This document shows positions 42,107 through 51,100 of a stretch of DNA of 54,088 bases, one piece after another. The notes under the pieces were generated by a model. That model worked only from the letters and a program-made list of their open reading frames with translations. It had not been told where the DNA came from and did no database searches. Positions within the stretch are counted from its first letter, which is position 1. Every line of letters begins with the position of its first letter. A program made the translations under genes and the position numbers. The stretch is from a virus (lineage: Duplodnaviria; Caudoviricetes), in the IMG/VR virus record IMGVR_UViG_3300037264_002957, positions 1 to 54,088 of that record; one strand, written 5' to 3'.

Positions 42107-45100
42107 ATGCCCGTCAAGCCTTTCACTCCACCGCGATCCACCTTTCGGGATCTGGAACGTCGTCGCCGGTCGCCGTTTGACCGCCGCGCGGAGGATGAGG
42201 ATCCGTTTGCGATCGTGGATGTTGATTTTTCAGACGAGCCGGATGACCCCCTCTCTGAGGCTATGTCCGACTTCTTTCTCAACGACACGCGCACGAAGCC
42301 CATCGAACCGTTCATGCGGAGAAAGGATCCGAATCCGAATCCCTGGGATGTGGAGTCGGTCTCTTTTGACGAGGAGCCTGACGAGGACCCTGTGACAGCC
42401 CGACGGTTGTCGTCGCCTGTTGGCTCGCTCAGGGATGCGCCGTTGATGAACATTGATGGGACCTTGGCGGATCGTATCCCGCAGTTCAAGCCCACGCCGA
42501 GAATGGAGATCCCGCCGGAGGATCCTCTTGCGGCGCCGCCGCTGGATCCGTCCGTGCGGCGCCTCGAAGAGATGCGGCAGAACCGCCAAGTGGGCCGCAA
42601 GCCGGTGGGCCGCGTCGCGCCGATGCCGCCGGAGGTGCCGACAAGCCCCTACGACGTGGTGAGTGTGGAATTTGACACGCCACAGACGGACCGCATCGCC
42701 GGGCGTGACCAGACGTGGTCCGAGAAGGCCGCTGGCGAGGTCAGGACAGGGGCGAACGCGTTTGCGCGGGCCATCATTTTCGGTTTGCCAGAAGTGATGA
42801 TCGGCGTGGCGAACTTGGCCGCCTACAATCCCGCGCTCGGGAACTTCGGCTTGGCCGGCAAGGTCTTCGAAGACAAGGTGTTGAACCTTAAACTCGCCCG
42901 AGAAGATTTCGCGAAGTTGTATCCGGACTCATCGGATTTTCAGGACCAGAAGGCGCGGGTCGAGAAAGAAAAGAACTTCATCAAGAAATCCATCGTGGTC
43001 CTGTCTGAGCCTTCCATGACGGTGAACGCGATCGCGGAGTCGATCCCGCTGATGATCGCTGGGGGCCTGATTGGGCGTGGCGTGGCGGCGGGTGCCACCA
43101 AGATCCCAGGGTTGAGCGCCTCCGCGTCCGAACGGTTCGCGGCCTTTATGGCCCGCAACGCCGGACCGATTGGGGAAGGTGCCGTCACCACCGGGTCGTC
43201 GTCGGAAAGCATCCGGCAGCAGACCGACACGGGCTTCTTGACCGGCGGTCAGGCGGCGCTCGCTGGGTTGTCGGGCGCCGGTACCACATTGGTGGGTGCC
43301 ATCGGCCGGAAGATTGCGGGCCGGCTCGGGATTGAAGACATTGATTCGCTCGTGGCGGGCGCTGCGCTGAATCCCAAGGCCAAGACCGGCCTGGTGAAGC
43401 GCGTGATTGCCGGGATCATCACAGAAGGCTCGGAAGAACTGTTCCAATCCGTGCCAGAACAGGTCTGGAGCAACGTCGCGCTGGGCAAGCCGTGGACCGA
43501 AGGCGTGGACGAGGCCGCGATCATGGGCCTCATCACCGGCGGTGTCATGGGCGGCGGGGCGAACCTGCCCGGACCTATCAAGGGCACCACGGCGGCCGAA
43601 CAGCGTCTGCGTGACCTTCAGAAGATCGATCGCCTGCGCGGCCCGCGCGGGATCCCCATTGGCACGCCGCCTGTAGCCCCTCCAGCGCCGCCTGTGGCCC
43701 CCGCCACGCCACCGGTGGTGCCGCCGCCTGCGCCGCCTGGGACCGGTCCTACGGCGCCGGTGGTGCCTCCGGTCGCCGGTGCGCGCCCGTTCGAGGAGGT
43801 CAAGGCCGAACAGCAGGCGACGTACGCCACGATCCGGTTGCTCGAAGATCGGCTCAAGGAGACGACGTCCGAAGGGCGCCGAGACGGTCTGCAACTGGAA
43901 CTGACGAACATCCGCCGGCGGTACGAGGACGCCTATCAGGAACTCGACAACGCCGGGATTGCCTCGCTGCCGCTCCGGAAGATGGTCGAGGCGCAGGAAC
44001 CGCCGCCGGCGCCGGAGGAACGCAAGTATTCCTCGACGCAGTTCGACCTGCCGGAACCGATCGCGGAGCGGGTGCTGGCCATCGGCCGGAACATCCCGGA
44101 CATCGACCTCGCGGAGGACGGCCGGGAAACGCAGCCGCACCTGACGATCAAGTGGGGCCTCGAGACCGACGATGCGGAAGAGGTCCGGGCCATCCTCGGG
44201 AAGGTGAAGCCGTTCACGGTGAAGCTGGGCCGGACCGCGATCTTCCCGAATGGGGAGTCGGAGTCGGGCGATGTGTTGAAAGTCAACGTCTCGTCCGGGG
44301 CGCTGATGAACCTCAACGCGCAGATCGCGAAGGCGCTCAAGAACGCGGACGCCCGGCCGGAATATAAGCCGCACGTCACGATCGCGTATCTCAAGCCCGG
44401 CAAGGGCAAGGCGTACGTCGGGGACACCTCGCTCCTCGGCACCGAGATTTTGATCGACCAGATCACGTTCTCTGGCAAGGACGGCACGACGAAGGTTTCG
44501 ATTCCGCTGGGAACGGAAACGTCGATCGAGCCTACGGCGGCGCCGCCCTTGCCGGTCCCGCAAGGACCGCAAGTCCCTGGGATTCCTGACGAGCCGGTTG
44601 CGCCGCCTGCGCCTATTCCAGTTCCGGCGCCCGCCCCAGCGCCGCAGCCTGTCGCACCACCACCGAGCACTGAGCCGGTCGGCATTGGCCGTGTCACGCT
44701 CGCGCAGATCCCGCCACCGATTCGCGCCACGCTGGGGATCGGGAAGCTCTACGGCGACCTGTCCGACGCGGAACTCGGTGCGCTGACGCAGTGGTCGGTC
44801 GGCGCGATGGCCAACCAGAACCGGGCGATTGCCGGCGACGGCGATCGTGTCAACCAGGAGGCCGAGAACGAAATCGCGCGCCGCGGCAAGCCGCCTGAGT
44901 ACTTCTTCGCGCAAGCGGAAGAGGCCGCGCGCCCCGCGCCGGCGCCAGTCGCAGAGCCCGTGCCGGAACCCGTGGCCGCGCCAGCACCGGCACCGGTGCC
45001 ACAGACACCGGCGGCGCCTCAAACCGCCGAAGAGAAGAAAGCGGAGATCATCCGGCGACTGCAAGAGAAGCAACGCGCGAAGGCCTCCGAGACGCCAGCG

Positions 45101-48100
45101 GCGCCTCCTGAAACGACACCGGTCGTTCCTGAGACGGAACAGCCAGTCGTGGAAACGAAACCGGCCGAGCCAGAGACGCCGAAGGGCCCGATCGTGCTTG
45201 GTCCGGCGCCGACGAAGAAGCCGACCCAGTTCAAGGAGATTGGCACAAACGCCCTCGGCCAAACGCTGTACGAGAACGAGTATGGCGTGCGGTCCACCGT
45301 CGAAAACGGCGTGCGCCGCGCTGAACCAGTTCTGATGATTCCGACCAAGGGCGGCGTCCAGATTGGCGTGGACCGCAGCCGTGAGGACCGCGCGCAAGAG
45401 TGGGAACCGGTGCAATCGCCGGAGCAGAACCAGGCGCCTGAAGTGGAGGTTGAGGAGGGCCGCGACGAAGAACGCAACGACATGATCAATACTGTGCGCG
45501 CACTCCTTCCGCCGGCGTCGATCTACGGCGCCAGCGTGGAAGATCGCCTCTACGGCCCGCAGAACAAACAGGAGCGCATGAATATCGCCAGCGTCCTCAA
45601 GATGCCTGGCTACACACAGAAGAAGCCGGTCGGCATCGGGGAACTGATGACGGCGCTCTATCAGGCCTTCGGCGTCACTGGCGACTCCCCGATCGCGCGG
45701 TCGCGTGCTTTGGACGCGATCCTTTTGGTCAGTGACCAGGAGGAGACGCAGGACGAGGACGACCGCACGCCAGAGGAACTCATCAAGGACGCCAGCACGA
45801 CACAGGAACGCCTGGACGCCGCGATGGCAGCCCAGCGGGAACGCCAAGGGCTCAGTGACGACACCGCAGAGAATTTGGCGTTACAGCTTGGGCTGATGAT
45901 CAGCACGATCCAGCTCTCGCGTGAGGATCCGAAGTTCATCGGCGCGTTCCTCGATGCGCAGACGCCGGATAGCCTCGCGAAGGACCTCGCGATCCTCAAC
46001 GACGCGCGCGCGGATGTGGCTGAGGCCATCACGGCGCGCGACGAAGCGCGCGACGAAAACACCGACATCATTGACCTCCGCGAGCGGTTGCAGGACCGTG
46101 ACCTGCTGGCGCTTGAGGAACTGTTCCGCCGGTCCCTGCTCGTGAAGTCCGGCCAGCAGTCGATCTTCGACGCGCCGGAAGAGGAGGCGCCGCCAGCGAA
46201 AGCGCCGACCAAGAAGGAACAGGCTCAGTCGGCAATCGACGCCGAGCGGGTCGCGAACAAGGCCAAGCGCGACGCGGCGGTCGCGAAGCTGAAGGACAAG
46301 CTCCGCAACCAGATCCACTCGGGGATTGACCCAGAAATGGTCGGCCTGGTGGTCGAGATCATCGACACCTACATCAAGGACGGGATCCTGAAGTTCAAGG
46401 AGGCCGCGCTGGCCTTCCAGAACGACATGCCGAATGCCCGTGACTTCGATGAGGTGTTTGAGACGGCCTGGGCGGTCTCGACCGGCGAAGAGGGCCAGTC
46501 GGTGACAGCGGCCCTCGGAGAGCGTAAGATTGGGGAGGAGTCCGATGCCAAGCCGCAGCGTGATGATGACGGAAACCGACCAGCCGAGCCCGGTGACACC
46601 GGAGGACCCGCTGTCGGGGATCGAGACGCGAATGCTCCAGACGTGGAAGGAGCGGAGCCCGCGCGTCCGGAAGGCCCACGAGGATCCCAAGACGAGACTG
46701 CAAGTGGAGACCCTGGTGCGGACACGAGCGCTCGCGGCCCACAAGAAGGGGCTGGACCTGAGAGCGGCGGGGATGCCGTGGTGGGAAGCGGAAGCGGAGA
46801 TCGCCCCGCTGCTGTGGAGGCCGGCGCTCCAGACACCGAGCAAGAAGTAGCCGTTGCGGCCGCGCGCGCCGCCGACCCCATCAACTTCTCGATTACCGAA
46901 ACCTCAGACTTGACTGAGGGCGGCTGGAAATCCAAGCTCAACGACAACCTGGACGCGCTCGATCTGCTGATGACGATCGAGAAGGAGAACCGTCCGGCGA
47001 CCGCCGATGAACAGGTCGTCCTGGCCCGCTACATCGGCTGGGGTCACACCGAACTGGCGCCGGTGGTAGACCCGCGGCAAGCGGAGGCCCTGTCGAAGGC
47101 CCCGGACAAGGCCGAGGCGCGTAAGCACCTCGAATCCATCCTGACGGACGCGGAACTCCGCGAGCTGGGCGAATCGACCGTCAATGCCCACTACTCGTTC
47201 TCGGACCTGCCACGGGCGATGTGGCGGATGGCGCAGCGCATGGGCTTCCAGAGCGGCATCGTCGTGGAGCCGGCCATCGGCACCGGGCACTTCTTCGGCA
47301 CGATGCCGAAGGACATCATGCACCACCCCGCCACGCGCCTCATGGGCATCGACAAGGAACCGATCGCGGCGCGGATCGCGCGGCAGCTCTACCAGAGCGC
47401 CAATGTGCAGATTGGGCCCCTCCAGGAAGCGCAGGCGCCGATGAACTACGGCGACCTGATTATCTCGAACGTGCCGTTTGGGAAGATCCCGATCTTCGAC
47501 CCGAAGTTCTTGGGCCATGACCGGCAGATCGTCACGCGCAGCATCCACAATTACTACTTCGGCAAAGCGCTCGATATGGTGCGGCCTGGCGGCCTGGTGA
47601 TGTTCGTCACCTCGCGGTACACCATGGACGAGCGCAACGATTCGATTCGCCAATACCTACGTAAGCACGGGAAGCTGGTCGCGGCGTTCCGGTTGCCGCA
47701 GGAGACGTTCCAGAAGACCGCCGGCACCAGCGTGGTGGCCGACGTCATCATCCTGCAGAAGCGCCAGGAGGGCGAGGTTCCGTCGGAGTCCGAGCCCGCG
47801 TGGATGGCCTCCAACGAACGGTCGATCAAACACGACGGCTGGGCTGAAGACGTCAACACGAATGAGTATTTCCTCGCGCATCCCACGCACGTGCTCGGCG
47901 CCGAGACGATGAACGGCAAGATAGCGCCGACCAGCGCGCCGCAATACACCGTCGAGGCGACGGAGAAAACCGGCGTCACGCCGGCGCAGTGGGACGCGAT
48001 CGTGGCCGCGGTGCCAGAAAATATCCTGACGCCGCGGACGGGACCGGTGCCGATCTTGGCGCCGAACACGATGAAGGGCACGAAAGAGGGCTCCTTTGTG

Positions 48101-51100
48101 ATGCAGGACGGGGTCCTGCATGTGTATCAGGACGGCGCGCTGGTGAAGTCCGAACTGCCCGGCAAACAACAGCATCGGGTGAAGGGATTCATCAAGGTCC
48201 GAGACGCGCACACGGCGGTCCTCGACGCGAATCTCACGAACGCCGGAGATGACGTGCTCAAGGCGGCCCAGAAGAAACTGACGGCCGAGTACGAGGCCTT
48301 CGAGCGACAGTTCGGCCTCTTGAATTCCCCCAGCAACGCCAAGTTGATTCGGTACGACCCGAACGGGCCGCGTGTCCTGTCCTTGGAGTTCGTCACGAAG
48401 ACGAAGGACGGCAAGTACATCAAGACTGGGCTCGCGCGGATTTTCGATAGGCGTGTGATCCGGCCCCTGGTCGAGCCGACCAGCGCCGACACACCCATGG
48501 ATGCGCTGGCGATTAGCCTGTCGTGGCGCGGCGGTGTGGATTTGCCGTTCATGCAGGGGCTACTCAACAAGGCAGTGCCTGATGACGAACTCGCAGGCGG
48601 ACTCGCAGGCGGCATTGTTTATGGTGTCAAGCTAACTGAGGCCGTGCAAGCACTGGAGGACAAGGCCCGCCGTGCCGATCTCCTCAAGGCTCTCGCTGGA
48701 AAGATCTATCAGGACGCCCAAACCGATCAGTGGGTGCCGGCTGACCAGTATCTGTCTGGCGATGTCGTGACGAAACTCGCGCAGGCCGAAGCGCGCGGGG
48801 AGGGGTTTGAGGCCAACGTCGCCGCGCTGCGCGAGATCCAACCGAAGCGACTCGAGTCCGACGAATTCAGTGCTCCCTTCGGCGCGCCGTATATCCCGAT
48901 CGACCTCTACACGCGGTTTATCTATGAAACGATGGCGGCGCATCGGGTGGACCTGCGCCTGTTCAACACGAACCAGACGAAGTCGTTTGCGGTCGATATC
49001 GTCGGGGGCCGCCATGAGTTCCTGCCCACGTTCCCGCAGGGGATGACGCAAATCGACGTGCAGCAGTGGGTCTCGGACACCCTCAATAATAAGCTGCCGA
49101 CCATCTGGATTGGGACGGGGGACGACCGGGTCCCGGCCCAGGATGAAACCGAGCAGTACCGCGAGTCCATCAAGCAGTTGCGGGAAGCGTGGGATGGCTG
49201 GTGGACGTCCGACCGGGACGCCACCGAACGCCTCACGCAGCTCCATAACGAACTGTTCAATCGCGAAGTGCAGGAAACCTTCGATGGGTCCCACCTGGTG
49301 TTCCCGAACGCCTCCGCGGACATCACGCTGCGGTTCTGGCAGAAGAACGCCATCTGGCGCGTGCTGGCCGGCGGGAATGCGGGGATCTTCCATGCGGTCG
49401 GGACGGGGAAGACGTTTATCGGCGCCGGCATCGCGGGTGAGTGGAAGCGGCTGGGCCGAGCCAACAAGATCATGATCACGGTCCCGAATCCGGTGATCGA
49501 CCAGTGGAAAACGGCGTACGAACTCCTCTATCCCACCGCCCGGATCCTGGTGCCGACCGCGGAGGACTTCAAGGCGGCGAACCGGCGCAAGTTCGTCTCC
49601 AGCATCGCCAATAACGATTGGGATGTGATCCTCATCGGCCATTCGCAATACACGCGCGTGTCGGTGAGCACGCAGGCGTTGGCGGCCTTCACCGAAGAAC
49701 AGGTCGGGTTACTCATCGCGGACGGCGCGGAACAGACCGGCAACTCGATTGAAGACTTTGAGGGCATCGTTGAACAAATCGAGACCGACCCGCGCGCCAA
49801 GTTCCGTTATATGGGGTCACGGGGATCGTTTAGCGATAGCACGAAGGACATCGTGCGGGCGATTCTTCGTCTGCGGACGCGCCTGGCGAAGCGGACCAAC
49901 CAGGATGCCAAGGACGCCGCGGTCACGTTTGAGGAACTCGGCATTGACGCGCTCATCGTAGACGAAGCGCACGCGTTCAAGAACCTCTACTTCACCACCG
50001 GCATGAACGGCGTGGCGGGCGTGAAGCCGTCGGAGTCCGACCGCGCGATCGACATGTTCCTCAAGACGCGCATGATCAACACGGCGTCAAACAACCGGAA
50101 TCTCGTGTTCCTGACCGGCACGCCGGTGACGAACACGATGACGGAGGTGTACACGTCGTTCCGCTATCTGGCGCAAGGTGCGCTCGAGCGGCTTGGGTTG
50201 GGGGCGTTCGACGCCTGGGCCGCCGCGTACACCTCGGCTACATCCCGCATGGAGCCGTCGCCGGGCGGCGGCTACCGCGAGCGGACCCGGTTGCGGGCGT
50301 GGCGGAACCTGCGCGAGTTGTCGAAACTGTTCCGACGGTTTGCTGATGTGCTGACGACGAGTCAGGTGCGCGCCCTGCGAGACGAGAACAACAAGCCTGT
50401 TCTCCAACTCCCAAACATGAAGAACGGGCGGGCCACGGTCATCACGACGGAGCCGCACCCGATGTTCGAAGCCTTCCGTCGGGACCTGGTCGCGCGTATC
50501 GCGGCCATCAAGGCCGGTAGCCCCCTCAAAGACGGCCGGGATAACTCCCTTTGGATCACGACGGACGCCGGGAAGGCCGCGGTCGATCTGCGCCTCGTGG
50601 ACCCTGCCGTCGAGGAAGATCCGAACGGGCGCATCCCGACGATCGCCAAGGAAGTGGAGAAACGCTACAAGATGCCGTCGCTGCGCACGGACGGGTCCAT
50701 GGAAACCAAGGGCACACAACTCGTGTTTCTGGATATCGGGGTTCCCCCGCCCGAGGATCTCGAACCGTTGCCCGATCATGTGCTAAACGCCCCCGACGAG
50801 GAGATCGAGGAGGAGGACGACGAGGATACGGCGGCTGAAGAGGATGAGGTGGACGAAGGCGATGAGTTTCTCGCCGCGACCGCGCAGTTCTCCACGCTCT
50901 ACGCGGACATCCGCGACAAGCTCATCGCCCAGGGCGTGAAGAAGGACGAGATCGCGTTCATCCACCAGGCGCGCGACCGCAGTGAACTCAAAAAGCTGTA
51001 CGCCGCGGTGAACGCGGGCCGCATCCGGGTCTTGATCGCCACGCGGGCGAAGGGCGGGATCGGCGTCAATGTCCAGAACAAGGTCGTCGCGATTCACCAT

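Noticed and set aside
42929-45847. 972-aa minus-strand ORF and other long antisense ORFs (11649-12836, 21855-23036, 40620-42092, 48632-49648)
   Set aside because: Shadows of GC3-rich plus-strand genes; Arg-rich, no motifs, while the plus frame has recognisable domains
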